Virus record (IMG/VR): IMGVR_UViG_2663763000_000012
Source: a virus
Taxonomy: Duplodnaviria > Heunggongvirae > Uroviricota > Caudoviricetes
DNA length: 30,351 nucleotides
Strand: one strand, 5' to 3'
This document shows, one piece after another, positions 1-8,902 of this stretch. Position 1 is the first letter of the stretch. Each line of letters opens with the position of its first letter. Both the position numbers and the translations under genes were made by a program. The notes under the pieces were generated by a model, which did not search any database, was not told the DNA's origin, and saw nothing but the letters and a program-made list of their open reading frames with translations.

Positions 1-42
1 TTAGATTTGACTGAAATCGTACAGTAAAAAGCGTACAATAAA

Positions 43-68
43 GGCTCCACGAAAGTGGGGCCTTTTTT
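43..68 (+). terminator. Putative rho-independent terminator (GGCTCCAC-GAAA-GTGGGGCC followed by TTTTTT)
   Basis: GC-rich imperfect hairpin followed directly by a T6 run on the + strand; lies in the noncoding region beyond the 3' end of ogr, where the prophage/host junction is expected. Confidence 0.4.
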
Positions 69-280
69 AGCACGAGAGCCTTTTTTGTCAGCTATCTATA
101 CTTTAAGGTGACTGCCAAAACAGACTCGACGTAGCCTTCGAGCTGCGCACCAACACGGCCTCAGATGGGCCACATCTGGAGAAACACCGCAATGTCAGTT
201 ATTGGTGACATTTTTTGATATCTAATCACATGAAATAAAAGGATTTATTTCTGGTCACGTCCACACATTGACCACATCGA

Positions 281-306
281 CAAAAAAGCCCCTCGACTGA
301 GGGGCT
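281..306 (-). terminator. Rho-independent terminator downstream of ogr
   Basis: Hairpin AGCCCCTC-GACT-GAGGGGCT; on the minus strand it is followed by TTTTTTG (complement of CAAAAAA at 281-287). Lies 13 nt after the ogr stop codon (319-321). Confidence 0.6.
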
Positions 307-318
307 TTCTGTTTGTAA

Positions 319-537
319 TTACATCCACATAATTTGCTGCCCTGACGGCAACGGGTGCGGCCTCACGGCGTGGACTTCTCCCGGCTTCACGATGTATCTC
401 TGTACCGACTCATAAGTGATGAACGTGGCGCTGCAATTCACGTTCTGGCACTGGTGATAACGCTCTTTTGTCGTGTCAGTGATATAGCGGCTTGTACGCG
501 CATGTGCGGCATGCTGGCATAAAGGACAATGAAACAT
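319..537 (-). CDS. ogr: Ogr, zinc-finger late-gene transcription activator
   Basis: Translation MFHCPLCQHAAHARTSRYITDTTKERYHQCQNVNCSATF... (72 aa) with a Cys4 arrangement; ATG at 535-537 preceded by GGAAGAGGTG. The ORF-track start at 600 is an upstream in-frame extension. Last gene of the late tail operon, as in P2. Confidence 0.9.
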   Translation of the reverse strand: MFHCPLCQHAAHARTSRYITDTTKERYHQCQNVNCSATFITYESVQRYIVKPGEVHAVRPHPLPSGQQIMWM

Positions 538-618
538 CGCGAGCACCTCTTCCGGTTTTGTTGATGGTGCCATTTTAGTTAACTTATCCTTATAAAACAA
601 ATAGATAAAATAAAAACA

Positions 619-1782
619 TCACTCATCATCTTCTGTTTCGTACTCCACATCAGAAAGCCTGACCTCAAGCTCCAGGGACGTCGTGAAGCCGCTATTATTC
701 AGAAAATGTGTCACCTTAGTGATTGTCCAGTCCTGCTCGTCTATGACGCGCTTAAAGCCTGACACTTTAACCGGTGTTTCCGTGTAAATATCAGCCCGAC
801 CGGTAGCCAGGATGATGGAGAACTCCGCTACACCCCGTTGCAGCTTATCCCACTTCGCCTGAGCGGCACGCATGGCCTGTGCTTTCGTGGCATATACCGT
901 GGTCAGGGCAAAAACATTGTCAGCCTCACCAGCCATGTATTCACCTTCGCGCGCTTCCGGTACTTTTGGCGCTTTCTTCTGCGTGACTGGTTTCGCTTTC
1001 GGGTGCTCCAGTGCGCGCAGGTGTTTCTCTTTCTTTTTGCGTTTCAGTTTTACCTTCTGCTTTTGCGGTTTCGGGTCTTTGGTGTGTAACCACTTTGCCG
1101 TTACACCGGTATAGGCTCCACGGTCAGCAATCGCAAAATGATGGCGGTCGCCGTCGCTGCGGGTTATGGTAATCTGCGGGATTTTTTTACCGCTGGCCGT
1201 CACCCCCTGCCCCGCTTTGAGAAACAACAGTTTTCCCATTTTTACCGACACCTCACCGCCGTTGCGTTCAGCAAGGCGGGTCAGGAATTTCGCATCAGAC
1301 TCCTGCGACTGGTCGATGTGCGGGATTTTAATTCCGGCCAGTGACGGCGCGACACTGGCTTCCAGCCTGTTACGGGAGGCTATCGCCTCAACAATCGCAC
1401 CGAGCGTGGTGTCATGCCAGGAGCCTTCACGGCGGGAATTGAGCGTCCCGCGAAAATCTGCACTCCGGGCGCGGATGGTGACCACATCCGGTGCGCCCCG
1501 GTGTTCAACCTCATCAACGGTAAATTTCCCTTTGCATACCAGGGCAAAACCTTTCCAGCCGATATACACCGTCAGGACAGCGCCACGAACCGGCAGTCCG
1601 ACCTGCCCGTCGGCATCGTTCAGTTCAATATCAAGCTGGTCAGCCTCAAAGCCCCGGTTATCCGTCAGAGTCATGCTCATCAGACGGTCGCTGATATTGC
1701 CGGTAATATCCCTGCTGTCGAGCATCAGCATGTAATCCGGCGTCAGCGTACTGCCTGCATCAAATGTCAGCGCATCCAGCAT
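619..1782 (-). CDS. D: Tail protein D (late control gene D family)
   Basis: 387 aa ORF, ATG start; the size and the U-D-ogr order match P2 gpD; start overlaps the U stop (ATGA). Confidence 0.9.
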   Translation of the reverse strand: MLDALTFDAGSTLTPDYMLMLDSRDITGNISDRLMSMTLTDNRGFEADQLDIELNDADGQVGLPVRGAVLTVYIGWKGFALVCKGKFTVDEVEHRGAPDVVTIRARSADFRGTLNSRREGSWHDTTLGAIVEAIASRNRLEASVAPSLAGIKIPHIDQSQESDAKFLTRLAERNGGEVSVKMGKLLFLKAGQGVTASGKKIPQITITRSDGDRHHFAIADRGAYTGVTAKWLHTKDPKPQKQKVKLKRKKKEKHLRALEHPKAKPVTQKKAPKVPEAREGEYMAGEADNVFALTTVYATKAQAMRAAQAKWDKLQRGVAEFSIILATGRADIYTETPVKVSGFKRVIDEQDWTITKVTHFLNNSGFTTSLELEVRLSDVEYETEDDE

Positions 1783-2261
1783 TATCCCGCCCCCGTCATA
1801 CCCGTGAATTTAGTCGCCATACTGCCAGCCTTACCGATGAGCGATTCCGCCTGTTTACCGATATCGCCATAAAGCGCGGCCAGTGATTCATCAACGCGGG
1901 TGAGCGACAGCGTAAAATCAATTTTTCGGGGTGTGCCGTCTGCAAAGAAAATACTCCCTGTTTCACTCACCCTGCTGATGACATACATGCCGTAAATCAT
2001 GCCGGTGCCATCCAGCAACGGCCACGCCCGACCTTCCTCTGCCATCAGCCTGAGCGTAGTCATCGTCAGCTTTCCGCCGGTCAGCTCGGGATAAAGCACA
2101 CCGGCAAGCGTGATGTTTTCCTCGCCAACACCGAGAAACTGAAAGGCATCCCGTTTACCGATACGGGAATTTGACGGCCAGCGATAATCTGATTCACGCT
2201 GCATGGTCTGGTGTGGCAGCGTCTGGCGCATAAAAACAAACATACCTAACGCGAGCATCAT
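1782..2261 (-). CDS. U: Tail protein U
   Basis: 159 aa ORF between T and D, matching the size and position of P2 gpU. Confidence 0.88.
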   Translation of the reverse strand: MMLALGMFVFMRQTLPHQTMQRESDYRWPSNSRIGKRDAFQFLGVGEENITLAGVLYPELTGGKLTMTTLRLMAEEGRAWPLLDGTGMIYGMYVISRVSETGSIFFADGTPRKIDFTLSLTRVDESLAALYGDIGKQAESLIGKAGSMATKFTGMTGAG

Positions 2262-2275
2262 TTTTCGTCACCTCC

Positions 2276-4723
2276 TTAACCGTCATGCATCATGCTGGCA
2301 CGGGCGCGCGCACGTTTATCCCGCTCGTATTTTTCGAGCGCAGCCTGTAACTGGCGGTCAAGCTGTGTCCCCGGCGCATTACCACCCGTCAGGCTGATGT
2401 GATATTCGTTTTTACTCTGGTCCACATAAGAGCGGCCAGCCGGTGCCGTGACCGGCTGATAAGCCTGATAGCCTGCATAAGAGCTGGTCGCCGGAATATA
2501 ACCACCGCTGCCATACGTGGCGGCTTGAGTTCTGGCGGCGGTCTGGTCAAGTGTGTCTGACTCTTTGTTGATAACACCGAGTTTTTCCAGTACCCAGTCA
2601 ATACCGCTGCGCAGTTTGTTGAACGCATTAAGCGGCAGCATCAGCGCGTCAGCCAGTGCCTGCCCGAACATGACCCCCGTGTCACGGCAACTGTTCAGGG
2701 TGTCCTGAGTGGCTTTGACCGGGGCAATCAGGTTTTTAAACCACTGCCACGCGGCCTGTAACTTTTCACCCAGCCAGTCAAACACCGGCTTAAGTGGCGT
2801 GAACAGTTCCCCCACCGGCGCAAATGCCGCTTTCAGCCCTTCCACCACACCGCCAAAGAATGCGCTGACAGGCTCCCAGTATTTACGGATAAGCAACGCC
2901 CCGGCGACAATGGCGGCCACCACGGCCACAACCGGCCAGCTAATCGCTCCGATGGCGGTCATAACAGCACTGCCAACCGTCGTGAAGATTGCCCCCATTG
3001 CGCCTGCTGCCGCGATGATGGCATTGATGCCGGTGATAACCGGCCAGGCTACGAGGCCAATGGCACCGATGACACCAATCAGTGCCAGTGCACCACCGAC
3101 AATGATGCCGATGGTTGACGCCAGTGATTTGTTTTTCTGGATCCAGCCGTCGAGTTTTAACACATACTTTGTGGCCGTCTGCGTGAGCTTACGCAGCGCG
3201 CCTTCCTGCTGGTCAAACAGGTCAGTCCCCACTGCCTCATAAGCGGACTGAAACTCTTTAAAGTCACCGCCTAGGTTGTCCTGCATGATATTTACCAGCT
3301 CGGCGGTCTTCCCGTCTGAGGCTTTAAACGCAGCGGTCAGTTTGTCCAGCTTTCCGGTTGAGGCGGCAGTCATCAGCACGGCGGCGGCTGAGCTGGCCTC
3401 CTCCCCGAAAATAGTTTTCATGTATTCAGCCTGCTGGGCAGTACCGAGCCGGTTTTTCTCAAAACTGGCCTGCATTTCTTTCAGAATGGTAAATATTGGC
3501 CGGGTGTTTCCCTTGCTGTCTGAGGTTTTCACTCCAAGCTCTTTGAGTGCATCCCATGCTTTTCCCGTCGGTGCCTGCAGGCGGCTTAACACGGCACGGC
3601 TTCCCGTCCCCGCCATTGAGCCTGTGATTTTTGCATCATGCAGCGCCCCGACCATTGCGGCGGTTTCTTCAATGCTGACACCGGCATTTTTTGCCACAGG
3701 TGCGGCATAGGTCAGCGCATCGCTCATGCCGTCAAAATCGGCGGCGGTTTTGTTCATCGTCATGGAGAGAACATCCCCGATATGAGCGACCTTATCGTTT
3801 GAAAGCTGAAAGGCGGATTTCATCCCCATCAGCAGGGCGGCGTTTTCTTCCATCGTGCGGCGGTTCGCCAGCGCCATATTCAGCGTGACCGGCGTTGCCG
3901 CCTGAATGGCATCAACATCCCCACCCGCTTTCGCGATGATTATCTGTGCACCGGCCGCATCATCCGCCGAGGCGGCGGTATTGTCGCCGAGCTGGCGCGC
4001 CTGTTTGCGTAGTGCGGTCATTTCGGCGGAGTCTTTTGCCACTCCGAGCACGGCCTGCAATTCTGAGTTTTTCTGCGCAAACTCATAACCGGGCATCAGC
4101 AACTTAACTCCGGCCATCGTTCCCGCAGCAGCAATCCCCACACCGGCAGCGCCTACTGAGGCCATATTTCCGGCCAGTTCCTTTCCGGCCTGATAACGCT
4201 GTTTGACTGCGTTAAGTTTTGCCTGTTGCGCACTGACACGCGCCAGCGCGTCGCGCTGCCGGTTAAGCTGTGCGGTGGTTTCACTGATACGGTTTTTCAG
4301 TCCCTGCTCATCATGTGCAAGATTGCGGGTATTAATTCCCACAACGGCCAGTTCCCGCTGCTGGCGTTTAACGGAATCCGTCAGGCGGTTATATTTCGCC
4401 TGTAAGTCCTCCGTCGCACGCTTTGCGGATTCCAGCACTTTCACCTGAGCACGGGTCGGTCGTTCGGTATTTTTAAACTGTGTGGCAAGGGCTTCAGCTT
4501 CCTGCCGTGCCTTTTCAAGTGCATGACCAGTCACGGCAAGCTGTGCACTGGTCTTGCGAAATCCCTCAATACGGGATGCCTGACCGTTCAGCTCGCGCAG
4601 TGATTTTTGTGTTTCCCGGATATCCCCCGACAGCGACTTACTCGCTGTGCGGATGGATTTAAACGGGCGGGATGCCTGGTCAACAGCCCTGAGCAATACC
4701 TGTAATTTTACATTGTTACTCAT
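2276..4723 (-). CDS. T: Tail tape measure protein T
   Basis: 815 aa, coiled-coil-rich N-terminus, Gly/Ala-rich hydrophobic central segment, directly downstream of E/E'; size matches P2 gpT. Confidence 0.9.
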   Translation of the reverse strand: MSNNVKLQVLLRAVDQASRPFKSIRTASKSLSGDIRETQKSLRELNGQASRIEGFRKTSAQLAVTGHALEKARQEAEALATQFKNTERPTRAQVKVLESAKRATEDLQAKYNRLTDSVKRQQRELAVVGINTRNLAHDEQGLKNRISETTAQLNRQRDALARVSAQQAKLNAVKQRYQAGKELAGNMASVGAAGVGIAAAGTMAGVKLLMPGYEFAQKNSELQAVLGVAKDSAEMTALRKQARQLGDNTAASADDAAGAQIIIAKAGGDVDAIQAATPVTLNMALANRRTMEENAALLMGMKSAFQLSNDKVAHIGDVLSMTMNKTAADFDGMSDALTYAAPVAKNAGVSIEETAAMVGALHDAKITGSMAGTGSRAVLSRLQAPTGKAWDALKELGVKTSDSKGNTRPIFTILKEMQASFEKNRLGTAQQAEYMKTIFGEEASSAAAVLMTAASTGKLDKLTAAFKASDGKTAELVNIMQDNLGGDFKEFQSAYEAVGTDLFDQQEGALRKLTQTATKYVLKLDGWIQKNKSLASTIGIIVGGALALIGVIGAIGLVAWPVITGINAIIAAAGAMGAIFTTVGSAVMTAIGAISWPVVAVVAAIVAGALLIRKYWEPVSAFFGGVVEGLKAAFAPVGELFTPLKPVFDWLGEKLQAAWQWFKNLIAPVKATQDTLNSCRDTGVMFGQALADALMLPLNAFNKLRSGIDWVLEKLGVINKESDTLDQTAARTQAATYGSGGYIPATSSYAGYQAYQPVTAPAGRSYVDQSKNEYHISLTGGNAPGTQLDRQLQAALEKYERDKRARARASMMHDG

Positions 4724-5143
4724 TCGTGTTTCCGCTTCGCCGGAGCGCCTTTTCGCGCCATGTGATGAGTTCGGTCAGGCTCATGGGATACAGTTCTGAT
4801 GGCGGCCAGTGAAATATCACTGCCACATCCGCCATCAGGTCATCGACCGAGAGATTTTTCGGAAACGTCACTGCACCGAGTTCGGCGACAAAAAACCGAC
4901 CACCTTACCGGCCAGCGCCACAAGGTCAGGCAGTTCCAGCGCGGCGACTTCCTGCTCGGTCAGCATCGGTGCCGTCATGCGCGGCAGCACCTTAATCAGT
5001 GCATCGACTTCGGAGTTTGCAACCGCAGCCAGACTGACACCGCGTAGCGTCCCGGCATTGGGTTTCATCAGCGTGACCTGTTCGATAACCTGCTCACCAC
5101 GTTTGACCGGATTGTCCAGGGTAATGACATTTTCTTTGTTCAT
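4716..5143 (-). CDS. E+E': Tail assembly chaperone E+E' produced by -1 programmed frameshift
   Basis: Slippery run GGTTTTTTG on the minus strand (plus coordinates about 4889-4897) inside E. Hand translation in the -1 frame from this site stays open to a TAA at 4716-4718, giving about 142 aa in total and overlapping the T start codon (4721-4723). Confidence 0.75.
4868..5143 (-). CDS. E: Tail assembly chaperone E (zero-frame product)
   Basis: 91 aa ORF MNKENVITLDNPVKRGEQ... between FII and T; ATG at 5141-5143; stop TGA at 4868-4870. Confidence 0.85.
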   Translation of the reverse strand: MNKENVITLDNPVKRGEQVIEQVTLMKPNAGTLRGVSLAAVANSEVDALIKVLPRMTAPMLTEQEVAALELPDLVALAGKVVGFLSPNSVQ

Positions 5144-5199
5144 GGTTTTCTCACTTCTGAATCAGGGTTAACCGGCCAGCCAGGCTGACCGGATGAAAA

Positions 5200-5718
5200 T
5201 CACAGGCCGATATTGCGGCGGTGTTGCTCCAGCCGGTCGACGCCGTTCACCTTCTCAATCATGTTGATGGTGTCAATTTCGACCAGCTCCTTACCGTCCA
5301 TCGTCAGCCGGAAATAGGTGCAGACCACTGAGATTTTCGACTCGGTGTCTTCTCCCTGTTTCCCCTCGCCGGTGTCGATTTCTTTCTGACGTCCACGCAT
5401 GACCACTTCGACGGCCACCGTTTCGCCGGTATCGTCGCGCTGGTAAGAGCCTGCAAAACGAATCGGCACGGCATCCACACCGGTTGCGGCGTAAAGCTCC
5501 CAGATAACCGAATCCGGGAAGCCACCGAGCGACCACTCCATTGACAGCGCATCGTCATCAAGGCCGAGGTCTACCGGTGCGCTGCCGTTCATCCCCGCAC
5601 CGCGATAGTTTTCGAGCTTACGGGTCAGTTTTGGTAGCGTGACGGACTTCGCGACGCCCTGATAGCTGTAGCCGTTCAGAAAGACGTTCATTAACTTGAG
5701 TTTGCGCGGCATTGCCAT
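5200..5718 (-). CDS. FII: Tail tube protein FII
   Basis: 172 aa ORF immediately downstream of FI; size and position match P2 gpFII. Confidence 0.9.
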   Translation of the reverse strand: MAMPRKLKLMNVFLNGYSYQGVAKSVTLPKLTRKLENYRGAGMNGSAPVDLGLDDDALSMEWSLGGFPDSVIWELYAATGVDAVPIRFAGSYQRDDTGETVAVEVVMRGRQKEIDTGEGKQGEDTESKISVVCTYFRLTMDGKELVEIDTINMIEKVNGVDRLEQHRRNIGL

Positions 5719-5730
5719 CGGTCAGGCTCC

Positions 5731-6831
5731 TTAATTGCTGTTAACCGAAGTGACCAGACTTGCCAGGTATCTGGAAGTAATACGCTGGCGCAGGGTCAGG
5801 TTTTCAAGAGGAGGCACCGGTGTATAGTCGTAGTCGATATACAGTTTTCCGGCCTTGAGGGTTTCCGCATCGTTGGATTCTTCGCTGAACCAGCAGGTCG
5901 CATCCACGATATAGCCGTTTGTTTTCAGCTCACGGAATTTGGCATTGATGCCGTCAACGATGTCGCGAATCAGCGTTGCGGTGATGGGCTTGTCCACCGC
6001 CCACATGTGCGCCTCAGCCATCGTGTCGGCCAGCACCTGCGCGGTGCGGGTGTAGTTTTCAAAGAGGAACAGCGGGTCATCAGAGCAGGTACGGTTACCC
6101 CAGAAGCGGAAACCGTCACGGCGAATCAGCGTAGTGACGCCTGACTCGTTAAGCAGGTCAGCATCGGTGCCGGACTCCTGCAAATCCCAGAATACAGATG
6201 CGCTGATGCCGGTAACACCGTTTACCCCGACGTTGGACAGCGTTTTATGCCAGCCCTGCTCCTGGTCGATTCTGGCACGCAGACCCAGCGCACGGGCGGT
6301 GGCATACGCGGTGGCGGTGGTACTGGTGACCGTATCCCATGCGCTGATATACCCGAAAGCGCGCAGCTTCTGACAGACTGATGCCAGTGCAACAGCCACC
6401 TCTTTGGTATCCAGCCCCGGCACACCGAGAATACGCGGTTTAACACCAGTTACCGACTCCGCCGCCAGCAGGGCTTTCAGTCCGGTGTACTGACCGTTTT
6501 CGTCGGTGGTGCCGATGATATTGGAAACGGTCTGCGCGAGCTTCGTTTCTTCGTCATCGCCGGTGCCCTCTTCCACGCGCACGACAACGGTGACCGGTTT
6601 TGACTGGTCAGCGATGGCCTGCAACGACGCCGCCAGCGTGCCTTTTTTACCGGCCTTTGCAATTGCACTCTGCACATTGGTAATCAGCACCGGTTTATTG
6701 AGGGGGAAGGTTTCCGCATCCGCATCGCTGGCCGTGCAGACCATGCCGACAATGGCAGTGGATACGGTGGAAATGACGCGGGTGCCGTCGTTAATCTCCA
6801 GCACCTGCACGCCGTGATGATAGTCACTCAT
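5731..6831 (-). CDS. FI: Contractile tail sheath protein FI
   Basis: 366 aa ORF, first gene of the FI-FII-E-T-U-D block; somewhat shorter than the P2 FI I remember (about 396 aa). Confidence 0.85.
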   Translation of the reverse strand: MSDYHHGVQVLEINDGTRVISTVSTAIVGMVCTASDADAETFPLNKPVLITNVQSAIAKAGKKGTLAASLQAIADQSKPVTVVVRVEEGTGDDEETKLAQTVSNIIGTTDENGQYTGLKALLAAESVTGVKPRILGVPGLDTKEVAVALASVCQKLRAFGYISAWDTVTSTTATAYATARALGLRARIDQEQGWHKTLSNVGVNGVTGISASVFWDLQESGTDADLLNESGVTTLIRRDGFRFWGNRTCSDDPLFLFENYTRTAQVLADTMAEAHMWAVDKPITATLIRDIVDGINAKFRELKTNGYIVDATCWFSEESNDAETLKAGKLYIDYDYTPVPPLENLTLRQRITSRYLASLVTSVNSN

Positions 6832-6890
6832 CCGTTTAACTCCGTGGTTAATGGGTGAGTGATATTTTCAGTTGTGCCGGAGATGTCAGG

Positions 6891-7484
6891 CTATTTGTCC
6901 CGGTTGGCTAAGGGATGACACAATTTATTCTTTGTCGCTGATGAGGGAAATTTTTTATAGAGCGTGGACAGACCAATATCAAAAATCAGTGCCACGCGTT
7001 GACGTGACTCCCCTGCAGCCAGCAAACGCCCGGCCTGCTCCCACTCACTCGTGGTGAGTTTAGGACGTCTGCCACCAATACGACCTTTGGCTCTGGCCGC
7101 TTCCAGCCCGGCCCGAGTCCGCTCGACAATGAGTTCTCGTTCCATTTCAGCCAGGGCACCCATCACATGAAAGAAAAAACGCCCCATCGGCGTGCTGGTA
7201 TCAATGGCATCCGTCAGGCTGCGAAAATTAATGCCGCGTTCGCGCAGCTCCTCAACCAGAATGACCAGATGCCGCATACTACGCCCCAGCCGGTCCAGCT
7301 TCCAGACTACCAGTGTATCCCCCTCCGATAATGTCCTGAGCAGTTTTTTCAGCCCCGGCCTGTCGGACTTCGTGCCGCTGATTTTATCCTCAAAAATCAG
7401 CTCACATCCTGCGCACTCCAGCGCGTTACGCTGCAATTCCGTATTCTGGTCATTTGTTGACACGCGGACATAGCCAATAAGCAT
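6891..7484 (-). CDS. Serine-recombinase DNA invertase (Gin/Cin/Pin/Hin family)
   Basis: N-terminus MLIGYVRVSTNDQ with the catalytic Ser motif of resolvase/invertase enzymes; C-terminal HTH region with ...STLYKKFP...; 197 aa; ATG at 7482-7484. Sits next to a tail-fibre region with oppositely oriented cassettes. Confidence 0.9.
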   Translation of the reverse strand: MLIGYVRVSTNDQNTELQRNALECAGCELIFEDKISGTKSDRPGLKKLLRTLSEGDTLVVWKLDRLGRSMRHLVILVEELRERGINFRSLTDAIDTSTPMGRFFFHVMGALAEMERELIVERTRAGLEAARAKGRIGGRRPKLTTSEWEQAGRLLAAGESRQRVALIFDIGLSTLYKKFPSSATKNKLCHPLANRDK

Positions 7485-7539
7485 GATGGATCCCCTGAAT
7501 AAAAACCGGGGATGATGCCAGTTAGCCGTAATCTCTGCA

Positions 7540-7565
7540 TTTTCTTAAACGTTGGTTTGGGGGAA
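7540..7565. other. Left crossover site (gix/cix-like 26-bp dyad) of the invertible tail-fibre segment
   Basis: TTTTCTTAAACGTTGGTTTGGGGGAA, imperfect dyad symmetry with AAAC/GTTT-containing half-sites; 20 of 26 positions match the inverted copy at 9345-9370, including a 10-nt identical core TTGGTTTGGG. Confidence 0.55.
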
Positions 7566-7901
7566 TTGGCTCTGGCTGGCGCAACAACCGGCGCTATGTT
7601 GGTGAATGGGTATGTAGCAATTCCATTAATTATTTCTGGCGTTCGGAGACCACTTATTATCCAGTGGGGAGTGGGGCAGTTTGGGGGAAGTCTGGGGGAT
7701 GATGCGGGATATTTAAACAATTTCCCTTTCGCTTTTCCGTCGGCGTGCTACGTGATGGTTGCCAGCCACGTGGGGCATACACCTTCGGGTGCCGGAATAC
7801 TATCTGCTTCCGCAATCACAAAAAGCGGCTTTCGTGGTTTTTCCAGCGTAGCGACTGCCGCAAATCCTGTATCGGGCTGTTATGTTGCTATAGGAGGGTG
7901 A
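7566..7901 (+). other. Promoterless alternative tail-fibre C-terminal cassette (Sv'-like), currently in the non-expressed orientation
   Basis: Open frame on the + strand running straight through the left crossover site (...NVGLGELALAG...), with no credible start of its own. The GLGE junction motif is shared with tail fibre H (...AYLGLGEG...) at the right crossover site. Stop at 7899-7901. Confidence 0.6.
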
Positions 7902-7902
7902 T

Positions 7903-8337
7903 GTGTTTTTTAGTCCATCTTTAAATATTTTTGTGAATCCTGCGCTTAAGGATGACTACATCAATGTAAATTCATGGCCAGATGATGCTGTTGAAGTTGA
8001 TGAGCAGGTGTATATTGAGTTTTCCGGATTACCGCCGAAAGGAAAAATCCGTATCGCTGGGGAAAATGGTTTTCCTGCATGGTCTGAAATTCCACCACCA
8101 ACGCATGAGGAACAGATTGCCGCAGCCGAATTGAAAAAACAGCAATTGATTAATCAGTCCAACGAATATATGAATACCAAGCAATGGCCTGGTAAAGCGG
8201 CTATTGGTCGTCTGAAAGGTGAGGAACTGGCGCAATATAATTTGTGGCTGGATTATCTGGACGCACTGGAACTGGTTGATACCTCCAGTGCTCCAGATAT
8301 TGAATGGCCTACGCCTCCGGCAGTTCAGGCCAGATGA
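7903..8337 (+). CDS. Alternative tail fibre assembly chaperone (U'-like)
   Basis: 144 aa, GTG start at 7903 preceded by AGGAGG (7892-7897); C-terminus ...DTSSAPDIEWPTPP... parallels the C-terminus of the minus-strand chaperone (8309-8902, ...DTSTAPDVIWPELP...). The two genes converge and overlap at their 3' ends. Confidence 0.7.
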   Translation: MFFSPSLNIFVNPALKDDYINVNSWPDDAVEVDEQVYIEFSGLPPKGKIRIAGENGFPAWSEIPPPTHEEQIAAAELKKQQLINQSNEYMNTKQWPGKAAIGRLKGEELAQYNLWLDYLDALELVDTSSAPDIEWPTPPAVQAR

Positions 8338-8902
8338 CATCCGGCGCGGTGCTCGTATCTGTTGCCGTCACCGCGTCAATGTAATCAAGCACGGCGTTAA
8401 GCCGGGTGGTTTCTGCCTGCGTCAGCTTCCGCCCGGCCTGTAATTTCAGCTGAATCAGACTGATGGAAGCCATTGCAGCATCAATCAGTGACTGGCGCTG
8501 TGCTTCTGCCGCTTCTACTGCGGCACCGTGTTGTGCCTCAGTATCTGTCACCCATTTCTCACCATCCCATTTATCATATGGCGTTAACGGTGAAAGCGTG
8601 ACATAACCGTTTTTGATGGCACCGATATAATCCACTGTAACAGCAGCACCATTTTCGATTGAGTAAACAGTCTCATTGCGATGGTCTTCTTCATGGCTCC
8701 ATCCCTTACCTGTAAATACTGCCACTCTTCCCGGAATGTTTTCGCCAGGGTCAATACCAGTGGAACAGGCGGGCATACTTACGCCAGTATTAATATATTC
8801 ATCAGACCAGCCCGTATACTCAGATGTTTCAGCATCATAATAAAAACAACGCATATCGCCCGGCACTGTAGCCAGCCCATTTTCATCAAAAACAGGTTTC
8901 AT
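8309..8902 (-). CDS. G: Tail fibre assembly chaperone (G/U-like), expressed orientation
   Basis: 197 aa, ATG at 8900-8902 overlapping the H stop; SD-like GGTGAGGG upstream; conserved C-terminal DTS.AP motif shared with the alternative copy. Confidence 0.85.
   Translation of the reverse strand: MKPVFDENGLATVPGDMRCFYYDAETSEYTGWSDEYINTGVSMPACSTGIDPGENIPGRVAVFTGKGWSHEEDHRNETVYSIENGAAVTVDYIGAIKNGYVTLSPLTPYDKWDGEKWVTDTEAQHGAAVEAAEAQRQSLIDAAMASISLIQLKLQAGRKLTQAETTRLNAVLDYIDAVTATDTSTAPDVIWPELPEA

Noticed and set aside
1-120. Possible tRNA or tmRNA 3' end as the integration target at the left edge
   Set aside because: No tRNA-like T-arm motif (GTTCGAATC-like) or acceptor/CCA features were recognisable; the hairpins look like simple terminators.
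838-1735. Several plus-strand ORFs (838-1089, 872-1114, 1138-1344, 1166-1735, 1414-1872) overlapping gene D
   Set aside because: They lie antisense within a well-supported structural gene in GC-rich DNA, have no RBS or recognisable product, and are typical spurious open frames.
2709-4662. Plus-strand ORFs inside tape-measure gene T (for example 2709-3242, 3276-3710)
   Set aside because: Antisense to a long conserved gene, with low-complexity Ala/Ser/Thr-rich translations characteristic of reverse-frame artefacts.
5291-5561. 81- and 85-aa minus-strand ORFs inside FII
   Set aside because: Alternate frames of the tail tube gene with Arg-rich junk translations.
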